From contig CAWIAD010000001.1 of assembly GCA_963833985.1 (NCBI GenBank), positions 1,888,001 through 1,952,000 on the forward strand: a DNA stretch of 64,000 bases, written 5' to 3'. This stretch comes from an uncultured Planctomycetaceae bacterium (GTDB lineage: Bacteria; Planctomycetota; Planctomycetia; Isosphaerales; Isosphaeraceae). A program made the position numbers and the translations under genes. The first letter of the stretch is position 1. Every line of letters begins with the position of its first letter. Under the pieces are notes generated by a model that searched no databases, was not told where the DNA came from, and saw nothing but the letters and a program-made list of their open reading frames with translations. Of the stretch, positions 11,147 to 21,276 are shown in pieces.

Positions 11147-12625
11147 TCATGGCCTGAGCCCGACGGAGACATACTTGGTCTCGGTGTAAGCCTCGAGGCC
11201 CTCGATGCCCAGCTCGCGGCCCATGCCGGACTCTTTCATGCCGCCGAAGGGGCACTGGGGCGTGGCCGGGACGGGGTCGTTGATGCCGATGATGCCGGCT
11301 TCCAGGCCCTCGGCCATGCGGGTGGCGACGGTGAGGTCGTTCGTGAACACGTAAGCGGCCAGACCGTAGGGCGTGTTATTGGCGGCGGCGATGACGTCGT
11401 CGAGCTTGTCGAAGTCGAGCAGGGGCATCACCGGCGCGAAGGGCTCCTCGGTCATGAGTTTCATCTCGCCCTTGACCTCGCGAATCACGGTGGGCTCGAA
11501 CCAGTAGCCCTTGTCGAACCGTTCCGAGCGGCCGCCGCCGGTGAGGACCTTGCCCCCCTTACCGCGGGCGTCATCGATGAGAGCAGCCGTCTTGTCCAGA
11601 GCGCGGGCCTCGAACATCGGGCCCACCTGCACACCCGGCTCCAGGCCGTTGCCAAGCTTGAGGCCTTTTGCCAGCTCGACGGCGGCGTCGGTGAAGTCCC
11701 TGGAGATCTTCTCGTGGATATAGAACCGGGAGGGGGCGATGCAGACCTGGCCGTTGTTCCGAAACTTGCCGATGACCGCGGCCTGGGCGACCTGCTGGAC
11801 GTCGGCGTCGGGAAAGACGATCAAGGGCGCATGCCCGCCCAGTTCCAGGCTGAGCCGCTTGACCTGGTCGGCCGAGCGGCGGATCAGCTCCTTGCCCACC
11901 TCGGTCGAGCCGGTGAAGCTGATCTTGCGCACGGCCGGGTGCTCGAAAAAGGCGTCGGCGATGGGCCGGGCCGGGCCGATCACCAGGTTGGCAGCGCCGG
12001 CGGGGATGCCGGCTTCCGCGAGGCACTCGAACATGAGGATCAGGGTCAGCGGCGTCTGCTCCGCGGGCCGGCTCACCACGGTGCAGCCGGCAGCCAGGGC
12101 GGGCGCGATCTTGCGGCTTGGCAGCGCCGCGGGAAAGTTCCAGGGGGTGATCGTGCCCACCACGCCGACGGGGTGCTTGATGGCGTAATGCCGCTTGGCG
12201 ACGTTCATGGATGGAATGATCCGGCCGTACGAACGCTTGCCTTCCTCGGCGAACCACTCGAAGGTGTCGGCGGCGTGCAGGACCTCCAGGCGCGCCTCGC
12301 CCAGCGGCTTGCCCTGCTCCTGGGTGAGCGCCCGGGCTATGGTGTCGGCCCGTTCCCGCATCAGCTCGGCCGTGCGCTTGAGGATCTTGGCGCGGTCATA
12401 AACCGAGAGCGCACGCCACGACGGGAACGCCTTGGCGGCCGCGGCGATGGCGCGGTCGGCCTCGGCGCGGGATCCGTAGGCGACCTCCGCCAGGACCGAC
12501 TCGTCGGCCGGGTTGATGACCGCCAGCGTCTTGCCATCCGCGGCATCGCACCAGGAACCGTTGATGAACATCCGGGTCGGGTATTCGGTGGCCCGTCGGG
12601 CCTCGGGTGCGGTCGCAGTTGCCAT
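11147..12625 (-). CDS. gabD: NAD(P)-dependent succinate-semialdehyde dehydrogenase-type aldehyde dehydrogenase
   Basis: ITPWNFP, ISFTGSTEVG, LELGGHAP, KFRNNGQVC, PFGGMKESG. Confidence 0.85.
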   Translation of the reverse strand: MATATAPEARRATEYPTRMFINGSWCDAADGKTLAVINPADESVLAEVAYGSRAEADRAIAAAAKAFPSWRALSVYDRAKILKRTAELMRERADTIARALTQEQGKPLGEARLEVLHAADTFEWFAEEGKRSYGRIIPSMNVAKRHYAIKHPVGVVGTITPWNFPAALPSRKIAPALAAGCTVVSRPAEQTPLTLILMFECLAEAGIPAGAANLVIGPARPIADAFFEHPAVRKISFTGSTEVGKELIRRSADQVKRLSLELGGHAPLIVFPDADVQQVAQAAVIGKFRNNGQVCIAPSRFYIHEKISRDFTDAAVELAKGLKLGNGLEPGVQVGPMFEARALDKTAALIDDARGKGGKVLTGGGRSERFDKGYWFEPTVIREVKGEMKLMTEEPFAPVMPLLDFDKLDDVIAAANNTPYGLAAYVFTNDLTVATRMAEGLEAGIIGINDPVPATPQCPFGGMKESGMGRELGIEGLEAYTETKYVSVGLRP

Positions 12626-12840
12626 GTCCGGCTCCCCCTTCATGTCTGTGCGAATCAATCCTGGTCTCTCACGCCACCATACCGCCGCCGCCGATCCCAT
12701 TCAACAATCGCCGGGGCCTGCCGCTGACGAGCGGTCCTCACCAGCAAGCGCTGCGCGGCCGCCTCGAATGGCGGGATGTGTGGACTGGGCAGCCGAGCCA
12801 GGAGTCTGGGTTATCTGGGTTAAAACGACGAGCTTTGAGG

Positions 12841-12868
12841 TGGACAAGGAATTCCGCCTGTGCATAAT
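12841..12868 (+). promoter_or_regulatory. Putative sigma70-type promoter for the PEP-CTERM gene
   Basis: TGGACA-16 bp-CATAAT. Confidence 0.4.
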
Positions 12869-13021
12869 CCGCTCAACTGTACGGGGGAAAAGATCCGATC
12901 CGATCCCTTGGATCGTATTTTCCCACTCACCATCTGAGTGCATGTTCCCATGCCTCGCTTGGGGCGGTTCGGGTGATCTATGAACGAGAATGGATTCGAG
13001 TACAAGCCAGGGAGAACCAGG

Positions 13022-13570
13022 ATGGTTCGCCTCTCTCGGGCGGTTCTCGCGGCTGTTTGCCTCCTGGGCGGATCTCCGCTGCACGCGGCAGCCACCAAGA
13101 GTGTTCCCTTCGCGTCCAGCGACGCCCAGACGTTCGTGGCGTGGACGAGGTTCCTGTCCGGGGGAACCCAGACCTGGGCCACCACCCATGCCCCCGCGTT
13201 CACACCGGCCGTGGAGAGTGCCATCTGGAAGGTGCTCAAGACCGACACGGCGGTGCAGTCGCTCTCCAATCCGATGATCCAGTACCTCGAGTGGCGTCGC
13301 AGCCTGGACCCGACCCGGTTCGCCTACTACCATCCCAGCCTGGCCCCGACCCTGGCGCAACTGCTGCCGGCGCCCTCGCTGCCGCAGACCATCCCACCGC
13401 CTCCCTCGGGCTCGCCGGCATCCAGCTCCACCCCCGGCTCGTCGACGACCGGGGCCCAGTCCGTCACTCCGCCCGCGGTCCCCGAGCCAGGCTCGTTCGC
13501 CGTGGCAGCCGCCATGACCGCCTGGGGAATCTGGTGGCGCCGGCGCATGCGGAAGCGCATGAGCCGCTGA
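13022..13570 (+). CDS. PEP-CTERM sorting-signal exported protein
   Basis: Signal peptide, Pro/Ser/Thr linker, C-terminal VPEPGS + hydrophobic helix + WRRRMRKR. Confidence 0.82.
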   Translation: MVRLSRAVLAAVCLLGGSPLHAAATKSVPFASSDAQTFVAWTRFLSGGTQTWATTHAPAFTPAVESAIWKVLKTDTAVQSLSNPMIQYLEWRRSLDPTRFAYYHPSLAPTLAQLLPAPSLPQTIPPPPSGSPASSSTPGSSTTGAQSVTPPAVPEPGSFAVAAAMTAWGIWWRRRMRKRMSR

Positions 13571-13612
13571 GCCGGCGAACCGATCACGGAAGCCGGCTCG
13601 CATTGCTTGGTT

Positions 13613-15694
13613 TCAAGCCTTTGCCGTCGCCTTGGCGGCCTTCTTGACGATCTCCTCCTGGAACCGCGAGGGGAGTTTCTGATACTTGAGGAACTCCATG
13701 CTGAAGGAGCCCTTCCCCTGCGTGGAGCTGCGGAGGTCGTTGGAATAGCCGAACATCTCGGCGAGCGGCACCTCGGCGGTGATGACGGTGTAGCCCTGCC
13801 GGCTCTCGGTCCCGAGGATCACGCCACGCTTCGACGAGATGGCACCCGTGACCGGCCCCTGGAACTCGGTGGGGATCTCGACCTCCACCTTCATGATGGG
13901 CTCGAGCAGCACCGGATCAGCCTTCTTGAAGGTTTCCCGGAAGCAGTCGCGGGCGCAGATCTCGAAGGCCATGGTCGATGAATCGACGTCGTGGTAGGAG
14001 CCGTCCTCGAGCACCATCTGGACGCCGATGACCTCATAGCCGGCCACCGGGCCCTTGTGCATCGACTCGCGGAAACCCTTCTCGACCGAGGGGATGTACT
14101 CCGAGGGGATGCGTCCGCCGGTGACCTTGTTCTCGAAGACGAAGGGCTCGGCGGCCTGGACATCCAGGGGAACCAGCTTGCCCACCACGTGGGCGTACTG
14201 GCCCGAGCCGCCGGTCTGCTTGCGGTGCTTGTAGTTGAAGGGAGTCACCTGAGTGGGCGCCTCGCGGTAGCTGACCTTGGGAGCGCCGACGGTGCAGTCC
14301 ACCTTGTATTCGCGGCGGATCCGCTCCACGTAGATCTCCAGGTGCAGCTCGCCCATGCCGGAGATGATCGTCTCGCTGGTCTCGGGGTCGACGTGCACGC
14401 GGAAGGTGGGGTCCTCGCGCATGAACCGATTCAGGGCCTTGGAGAGCTTGTCATAATCGGCCCGCTTGGCGGGCTGGATCGACAGGTCGATGACCGGCTC
14501 GGCCGCGTAGATGCTCTCCAGCGAGACGTTCGAGCCTTCCGAGCAGTACGTGTCGCCCGTGGCGCACTCCAGCCCCATGACGGCCACGATATCGCCGGCC
14601 GAGGCGGAGTCGATGTCTTCTTTCTGGTCGGCGTGCACCCGCAGGATCCGGCTGATCCGGGCCCGCTTGCGCTGCCGCGCGTTGAAGTAGAACGTGCCCT
14701 TGGAAAGGGTTCCCTGGTAGATGCGCATGTAGGTCACCTGGCCGAACGACTCCTCGACCAGCTTGAACGCCATGGCCACCAACGGGGCATCCGGGTCCGC
14801 GGCCAGCGGCATCTCGGCCATGCCGTTGTTGTTGTCCTTGGCGAAGATCTCGCGGTCCAGTGGGGAGGGGAGGTAGCGGCAGATGGCGTCCAGGAGCGGC
14901 TGCACTCCCTTGTTGCGATAGGCCGAGCCGACCATCACCGGACAGAGCTGCTGGGCAATGGTCCCATCGCGGATGGTCTTGTAAACCAGATCGAGTGGGA
15001 CCTCGGCTTCCTCGAGCAGCAGCTCCATGATCTCGTCGGAGACCATGGAGAGCGCCTCGAGCATGCCCTGCCGCGCACGCTCGGCGGCCTCCGCCATCTC
15101 GGCGGGAATGGGCTCGGAGCGGACGTCCTCGCCATTGTCGCCATCGAAGTAAAGGGCGCGGCGCTCGACCAGGTCGATCACGCCCTGGAAGTGGGACTCG
15201 GCGCCGATGGGCAACTGGAGCGGTATGGCCGTCAGGTTCAGCTTGCTCTCGAGCTGCTGGATCACGTTGACCGGGTTCGCGCCGGTCCGGTCCATCTTGT
15301 TGATGAAGGCGATCCGCGGCACGGCGTAGCGCTTCATCTGGCGATCAACGGTGATCGATTGCGATTGCACGCCCGCCACGGCGCAGAGCACCAGCACCGC
15401 GCCGTCGAGCACGCGAAGTGAGCGCTCCACCTCGACGGTGAAGTCGACGTGGCCCGGAGTGTCGATGATGTTGACCTTCTTGTCGTTCCATTGGACCGTG
15501 GTGGCCGCGGAGGTGATCGTGATTCCCCGCTCCTTCTCCAGCTCCATATGGTCCATCACCGCGCCTTCACCCTTGACTTCCTTGATCACGTGGGTGCGGC
15601 CCGTGTAATAGAGCATGCGCTCGGTGAGCGTGGTCTTGCCCGAGTCGATGTGGGCGGAGATGCCAATGTTCCGGTAGTTTCGCAGGTTTTCCAT
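13613..15694 (-). CDS. fusA: Elongation factor G, stand-alone copy
   Basis: [47 protein letters not shown]. Confidence 0.96.
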   Translation of the reverse strand: MENLRNYRNIGISAHIDSGKTTLTERMLYYTGRTHVIKEVKGEGAVMDHMELEKERGITITSAATTVQWNDKKVNIIDTPGHVDFTVEVERSLRVLDGAVLVLCAVAGVQSQSITVDRQMKRYAVPRIAFINKMDRTGANPVNVIQQLESKLNLTAIPLQLPIGAESHFQGVIDLVERRALYFDGDNGEDVRSEPIPAEMAEAAERARQGMLEALSMVSDEIMELLLEEAEVPLDLVYKTIRDGTIAQQLCPVMVGSAYRNKGVQPLLDAICRYLPSPLDREIFAKDNNNGMAEMPLAADPDAPLVAMAFKLVEESFGQVTYMRIYQGTLSKGTFYFNARQRKRARISRILRVHADQKEDIDSASAGDIVAVMGLECATGDTYCSEGSNVSLESIYAAEPVIDLSIQPAKRADYDKLSKALNRFMREDPTFRVHVDPETSETIISGMGELHLEIYVERIRREYKVDCTVGAPKVSYREAPTQVTPFNYKHRKQTGGSGQYAHVVGKLVPLDVQAAEPFVFENKVTGGRIPSEYIPSVEKGFRESMHKGPVAGYEVIGVQMVLEDGSYHDVDSSTMAFEICARDCFRETFKKADPVLLEPIMKVEVEIPTEFQGPVTGAISSKRGVILGTESRQGYTVITAEVPLAEMFGYSNDLRSSTQGKGSFSMEFLKYQKLPSRFQEEIVKKAAKATAKA

Positions 15695-15951
15695 GGTCAA
15701 TACACTCAGCCCGCAAGCCAAGGGTGGAACGCCCAGAGCTTGAGCCACGATCCAATCCACTCGATGAGCAAGCCGGGGAGTCTTAACCCGCAGTTCCAGC
15801 ACGGGTCGAAAGGCATGCCAGTGGGCGAGCCCGGAGCCACACCAAAATCCGGCGATCAGCGAGTCTAATCACTCTTGGTGTGGAGCATGCGAAGAGTCCA
15901 AGTAGGCTCGGTGTTAAAAGGCATATTATCGTACCAACTACGGACCATCAG

Positions 15952-16236
15952 TCAAGTATGCAGTTTACGTTTCACTATGATTCTATCCCATCCGGGAAGG
16001 GGGATTCGGGAATTGTCGGGGTCAAGACGGATGCGCACGGTCGCGGCCGCGACGGGCCGCGGACTTGAATGCTGTTTCCGAACCGGGGCCCGTGCCGTCC
16101 CGCCCGGCCTCCTCTGGTCCGCAGGCGCCGCACCGTTCCGGAAACGGGCCAGCAACGGGTTGTCAGCGTCTCGATGGCGCGTCAGAATCATGCTCCAGAC
16201 GTGTTCGCCGGTTGGTGTCGACGTCGTCGAGCCCAT
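15952..16236 (-). CDS. Small hypothetical protein
   Basis: Open frame (MGSTTSTPTGEH…RIIVKRKLHT) fills the gap upstream of fusA; no motif recognised. Confidence 0.3.
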   Translation of the reverse strand: MGSTTSTPTGEHVWSMILTRHRDADNPLLARFRNGAAPADQRRPGGTARAPVRKQHSSPRPVAAATVRIRLDPDNSRIPLPGWDRIIVKRKLHT

Positions 16237-16434
16237 CGCGAACCCAGTCTTTTCGAGCCGCCCTCTTCCCCGGCCTCCTAAACTGAAGTGAAAAGAGTAC
16301 ACGGGCAGGTCCTCCGGCGGGCCGACGCCAGGCTGGAAGACGCTCAACTTCTAGAGAGTTGAAAAGACCCGAGCGCTGAGCGGACCGCTTCCGTTACTCC
16401 ATGCCGTCTTCTGGCGGCATTCCAGGAGACTTCG

Positions 16435-17215
16435 ATGGGGGGGATGCAGGACTCTGGCTCCCGGTCGCGTGCCGGTTCCGCTCGGTCCGCCGTACCGCCG
16501 GCTCCAGCCTTCAGCTATCGGCTGCTCGTACCAGGGCTCACGCAACTGGCATGGCACCAGCACCAGCGCGGCCTTGTGTACCTGGGAAGCTGCGCCACAG
16601 CCCTGGGAGCGGCCCTCTTTTGCTGGGGCACCCCGCTGGGATGGTTCTTCCTCCTGTTCTGCTACCTGTCTCATGTCGTCGCCCTGTGCGACGTGGTCAG
16701 GCAGCGCGCCTACCCGGTCTTTCCCCGCCGGCACGCCGTGGCCGCAACGATCCTGGCCATCGGTCTGATCGTTTACCTGCCGTTGACGGTGGTGCTGGAG
16801 TCCTGCGCTCTGGTGGCAGGGCCGGACAGTGGCACCGGATCGGGCTACCTGGTGAACCGTCTGGCGTACACCAAGGCCGACCCTGTCCCCGGGCAATCCA
16901 TCTGGCTGCGGCGTTTCCCCGACGTCGGCCGCAAGAGCGGGCCAGGTGGTCGCCGTCGCAGGGCAGGAGGTGGAGTGGACGGGACGCCGCTGGACCGTGG
17001 ACGGTCAGAACGTGGAGTTTGTTCACCCGGGATTGCTGCCGCACTACCCGACTTCCTGGCGGTTTCGCGTACCGGAGCACCACGTTCTCATAGGCCCCGA
17101 GTGCGCCGACTCGAACTCATATTCTCCCGCGCCCATGGTCATCGTCAGCACGGACCGGATCGTCGGACGCGCCTGGGCCCGTTATTACCCGTTCTGGGAA
17201 CGGCGCCTGCTTTGA
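16435..17215 (+). CDS. Membrane protein with a C-terminal S26 signal-peptidase-like domain; frameshift near 16940
   Basis: N-terminal TM helices (LLVPGLTQL…); YLVNRLAY…PVPGQSIW; VVAVAGQEV; DRIVGRAWARYYP. Catalytic Ser/Lys not evident. Confidence 0.55.
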
Positions 17216-17484
17216 TGAGCCTGGCCGCCCGCACTCCTTGCCCCGGGCCGCCCGATTCACATCTCCGGATCCGCCACCATGCATGCGCGGATCGGCACCA
17301 GCGTCCGGGCGACTCTGGCCATACCGAAAACGACTCGCGAGAACCGAACTCCATCTGGTAGGATATGGGTGCGTGGTCAGTGCACTGGCACATCGTCACC
17401 GGTCGTCACGTTCTGTCTCCATGCTCCTGGACCGATGGGTTCGCACGCTTCCCGAGGCGGGCTGAACCGGCAAGGGTCTTCGTC

Positions 17485-18015
17485 GTGCTAGAACGTATCT
17501 GGGCACCCTGGAGAGCACAGTACATCCGAGAAGCGGCGCAAACCGATACCGGCCTTTCCTGCTTTCTTTGTCAGGGACTGGAGGGAACCGAGGATCGCCA
17601 GAACCTCCTGGCATGGCGCCGGCCCCACTCCGTGGTTGTGCTCAACCGATTCCCCTACAACAATGGTCATCTCCTTGTAGCACCAACGGTTCACGTAGGA
17701 CGAATGGACGAGCTGAGCGGTCCGGAACTGCTGGAACCCATCCAGACCGTGCGCAGGATGGTCGAAATTCTGGATCGAATGCTGAGGCCCGACGGTTATA
17801 ATATCGGTCTAAATATGGGCAGGGCCGCGGGAGCGGGTTTGCCCGGTCATCTCCACTGGCATGTCGTGCCGCGCTGGAACGGAGACACGAACTTCATGCC
17901 GGTCCTGGGCCAGACGAAGGTCCTGGTGGAGAGCCTGGTCGAATTCTACGATCGCCTGGTCGAGGAAATCCGGTCCACGGAAGATCACATGGACGGCCAG
18001 TCAGCGTATTCATGA
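17485..18015 (+). CDS. HIT-family nucleotide hydrolase (Ap4A phosphorylase-like)
   Basis: IWAPWR, CFLC, LNRFPYNNGHLLV, HLHWHVVPRW. Confidence 0.9.
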   Translation: MLERIWAPWRAQYIREAAQTDTGLSCFLCQGLEGTEDRQNLLAWRRPHSVVVLNRFPYNNGHLLVAPTVHVGRMDELSGPELLEPIQTVRRMVEILDRMLRPDGYNIGLNMGRAAGAGLPGHLHWHVVPRWNGDTNFMPVLGQTKVLVESLVEFYDRLVEEIRSTEDHMDGQSAYS

Positions 18016-18072
18016 ATATCCCCGTCTGATTCATACTGCCGACCTGCCGGCGTCCTGCGAGGTTATCCAATC

Positions 18073-19173
18073 ATGCATTTGATCTTGATCCGGGCCGTCT
18101 TCGTCCTGGTGATTGCGGGGCTGGCGCGGAAGATGGCGCTGATTGTCGGCGAGCACCAGCTTGCCAACCCGTATGCGGTCTTCTTCGGCGTCATGGTCGG
18201 CGCCTTCGCCATCGTCGCCGGCGACATGCTCACGCCGCGCAAGCGCATCCAGACCATCTCGGCACTCTACTTCGGGGTCATCGTCGGGCTCTTCCTGAGC
18301 AACCTCATCAACGAGGCCATCCAGCCCGCGCTTCAGCTCTACCTGAACACCCGGGTGCACATGGCAATCACCAGTGTTCTGATGATCTTCATGTGCTATA
18401 TCTGCGTCTCGACGCTGATGCAAACCAAGGATGACTTCCGGTTCATCATCCCGTACGTCGAGTTCGCCAAGGAAGTGAAAGGCGCGCGGCCGCTGGTGCT
18501 CGATACGTCGGTGGTCATTGACGGCCGGATTGCCGACGTGGCCGAAACCCAGATCATCGACCAGCCCATGGTCGTGCCCCGATTCGTCTTGCAGGAACTT
18601 CAGAACATCGCCGACAGCTCGGACAAGCTCCGCCGCAATCGCGGCCGGCGCGGGCTGGACATCCTGAACCGTCTCCAGAAGTCGCCCGGCGTGGAGGTGC
18701 GCATTCACGATGCCGAGATTCCGGAGCTTTCGGGTATACGCGAGGTCGACCAGCGGCTGGTGATCCTCGCCAAGCACCTCGGCGGCAAGGTGGTCACCAA
18801 CGATTACAACCTCAACAAGATTGCTCGTCTCCAGGGTGTGGACGTGATCAACCTCAACGATCTGGCCAATGCCATGAAGCCGATCGTCCTCCCGGGTGAG
18901 AACATCACGGTCAAGCTGATCAAGAAGGGCGAGGAGCAGGGGCAGGGCGTCGGCTACCTTGACGACGGCACCATGGTCGTGGCCGAGCAGGGATCCTACC
19001 ACCTGGGCGAAACCGTCCGTCTCACGGTCACCAGCGTCCTCCAGACCAGTGCCGGCCGGATGATCTTCGGCAGGATCGACGCCATGCCCATGGCGCGCAC
19101 CGGCAACCACGTGAGCGCACCGGTCACCCATGAGGCCCCCTCCCCGACGACCACCCGGCCTCATAACGTGTGA
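18073..19173 (+). CDS. Membrane-anchored PIN/TRAM domain protein (YacL-like)
   Basis: N-terminal TMs; LDTSVVIDGRI, RGRRGLDIL, TNDYNLNK, GYLDDGTMVV, QTSAGRMIF. Confidence 0.92.
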   Translation: MHLILIRAVFVLVIAGLARKMALIVGEHQLANPYAVFFGVMVGAFAIVAGDMLTPRKRIQTISALYFGVIVGLFLSNLINEAIQPALQLYLNTRVHMAITSVLMIFMCYICVSTLMQTKDDFRFIIPYVEFAKEVKGARPLVLDTSVVIDGRIADVAETQIIDQPMVVPRFVLQELQNIADSSDKLRRNRGRRGLDILNRLQKSPGVEVRIHDAEIPELSGIREVDQRLVILAKHLGGKVVTNDYNLNKIARLQGVDVINLNDLANAMKPIVLPGENITVKLIKKGEEQGQGVGYLDDGTMVVAEQGSYHLGETVRLTVTSVLQTSAGRMIFGRIDAMPMARTGNHVSAPVTHEAPSPTTTRPHNV

Positions 19174-19218
19174 TGCACGGCGACCTCTGTCACGGCCTCC
19201 CGGGCAGGACTGCGGATG

Positions 19219-19434
19219 TCAATCAGCCGCCGTATCATCCCGGCCGGGTACCTTCTCGTCGACGTCGTAGCTTGCCTTGCACCAGTGGCAAACCAGCACG
19301 ACGCCACACTCGGGACATGCCAGCGTCACCTCGCGCTGGCTCAGGGCCTCGTAAGCCTCCTGGGACGGCGGCCGGAACGGAGTCCGGCAGGCGTCGCAGA
19401 TGAGCGGCCGCTCGCAGTAGGCGCAATCGATCAT
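19219..19434 (-). CDS. 71-aa protein with four CxxC motifs (double zinc-ribbon-like)
   Basis: CAYC, CDAC, CPEC, CHWC; GAAGGGG RBS-like site upstream; co-oriented with the aminotransferase. Confidence 0.65.
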   Translation of the reverse strand: MIDCAYCERPLICDACRTPFRPPSQEAYEALSQREVTLACPECGVVLVCHWCKASYDVDEKVPGRDDTAAD

Positions 19435-19520
19435 GGGACTGCCCCTTCCGTGCTTTTCTGGTCTCTGGTTATTCAGGCCTGGTGGCCGGGCCGCGCGTCA
19501 GACCGGAGCCCAGGCGCTGG

Positions 19521-20771
19521 CTAGCGGATGGCCTGTTCGGTTTTGAGGCTGCGGCCAATTTGCCGGACCGCCTGGCGGAGCCGCTGGGCGTTCTCCACCA
19601 GCGCCACGCGCAGGTACCCTTCGCCGGTTTCGCCGAACCCCCGGCCCGGGCTGACCACCACGTTCGCGTCCTCCAGCAACTTCATGGCGAAATCCACCGA
19701 TCCCATACGCTCGCGCCAGGGTTCGGGCATGGGCGTCCACACGAACATGCCGGCTTGCGGGGTCTGCGGTTCCCAGCCCAGTCGCCGCAGCCCGCGGACC
19801 AGCACGTCGCGCCGCTCCTGGTACTCGACCACCTGCGCCCGACGGCCTTCCTCGCCGTGCCGCAAGGCCACGATCGCGGCGACCTGAACCGCCTGGAAGA
19901 TGCCGTAGTCGTAATAGCCCTTGATCGCCTTGAGCGCTCCGAGCATGTCCCGGTTGCCGGCCGCGAAGCCCACGCGCCAGCCGGCCATGTTGTAGCCCTT
20001 GGACATGGTGGTGAACTCGCAGCCGACGCTCTTGGCGCCCCTGGCGGCCAGGAAGCTGGGCGGCTGGCAGCCGTCGAAGCCGATGTCGCCGTAGGCGAAA
20101 TCGTGAATGACGAAGAAGTGGTACTTCCGGGCGAGCCCGACGATCTCCTCGAAGAACGCCAGGTCCACCACCGTGGCCGTGGGATTGTGCGGGTAGTTCA
20201 GCACCAGGATCTTGGGCCTGGGATAGAGGCTCTCGCAGACCCGGGCGACGTTGGTCAGGAAGAGCTGCGAATCGCGGACATCCAGCGAGATCACGTTGGC
20301 CGATGCCAGGGCGACGGCGTGGATATGGATCGGGAAGCTCGGCGCGGGGACCAGGGCGGTATCCCCGGGACCAAGCAGCGCCAGGCACATGTGGCTGAAC
20401 CCTTCCTTGGACCCGATCGTCGCCACCACCTCGTGGTCCGCGTCCAGGCTGACGCCGAAGCGGTTTTCATAGCGTACCGCAACTTCGCGCCGCAGGTTGA
20501 ACACGCCGTTGGCCACGCTGTAGCGGTGGTTCCGGGAGTCGCGCGCGGCCTCGCAGAGCTTGTCGATGACCCACTCTTCGGGCGGGTCGGTCGGGTTGCC
20601 CATGCCCAGGTCGATGACGTCGATCCCCGCGCGCCTCTTGCGGTACTTGAGCTCATTGATGCGGCCGAAGAGGTAGGCCGGCAAGTTACGAACTCGCGGT
20701 GCGACCTCGAGGTCGTAATGCTCGATCGACTCGTGCTCCTCCGAGCCCGGATTGGTTTTCGGATCAATCAT
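19521..20771 (-). CDS. PLP-dependent class I/II aminotransferase (AlaC / LL-DAP-aminotransferase-like)
   Basis: [38 protein letters not shown]. Confidence 0.9.
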   Translation of the reverse strand: MIDPKTNPGSEEHESIEHYDLEVAPRVRNLPAYLFGRINELKYRKRRAGIDVIDLGMGNPTDPPEEWVIDKLCEAARDSRNHRYSVANGVFNLRREVAVRYENRFGVSLDADHEVVATIGSKEGFSHMCLALLGPGDTALVPAPSFPIHIHAVALASANVISLDVRDSQLFLTNVARVCESLYPRPKILVLNYPHNPTATVVDLAFFEEIVGLARKYHFFVIHDFAYGDIGFDGCQPPSFLAARGAKSVGCEFTTMSKGYNMAGWRVGFAAGNRDMLGALKAIKGYYDYGIFQAVQVAAIVALRHGEEGRRAQVVEYQERRDVLVRGLRRLGWEPQTPQAGMFVWTPMPEPWRERMGSVDFAMKLLEDANVVVSPGRGFGETGEGYLRVALVENAQRLRQAVRQIGRSLKTEQAIR

Positions 20772-21171
20772 CGCCTGCGCGTTCCCCGAATCGGAAATCA
20801 CGACCCGCGGCCTGTTCTTCGAGCCGCGGGCACCTCCTGGATCATACAGCGCCGGGAGGCGGTTGGCACTGGGATCTTCCGCACGACGGGATGCGGATTG
20901 CTCGTGCAGGGAGGCGGAACCGAAGCTGGCTGGTGGCCTGCGGGACTGGCGCAGGGCGATGGCGGGCCGCTGGCAGAGTGTGGCGGGCGTAAGGTCTGGA
21001 GGAGTTCTCGGCACGCGGAAGGGTCGGAAATCGTCGCTTCGGGCAAGATCGACACAATATCGCCCGGCCTCCGGGCCGATATCTCCAGTACCACCGAGAG
21101 TACCCAGCCGACGTTGTGACTGGCTCCTCGATCGACCTCACGGACCCGGGGCGCTCCGGATCATCGATAGA

Positions 21172-21208
21172 GAAAGGACGGTCCGGATCGCCTCCGGACC
21201 GTCCTTTC
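21172..21208 (-). terminator. Strong hairpin downstream of the HtrA protease gene (probable terminator)
   Basis: Perfect 16-bp stem GAAAGGACGGTCCGGA-tcgcc-TCCGGACCGTCCTTTC. Confidence 0.7.
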
Positions 21209-21276
21209 GATCGAGCAGAATGGGCTCTGGCGGCGACGATGCCGCTTGCCAGGGCCGGAGAAGCGAGCGAAGCCGC

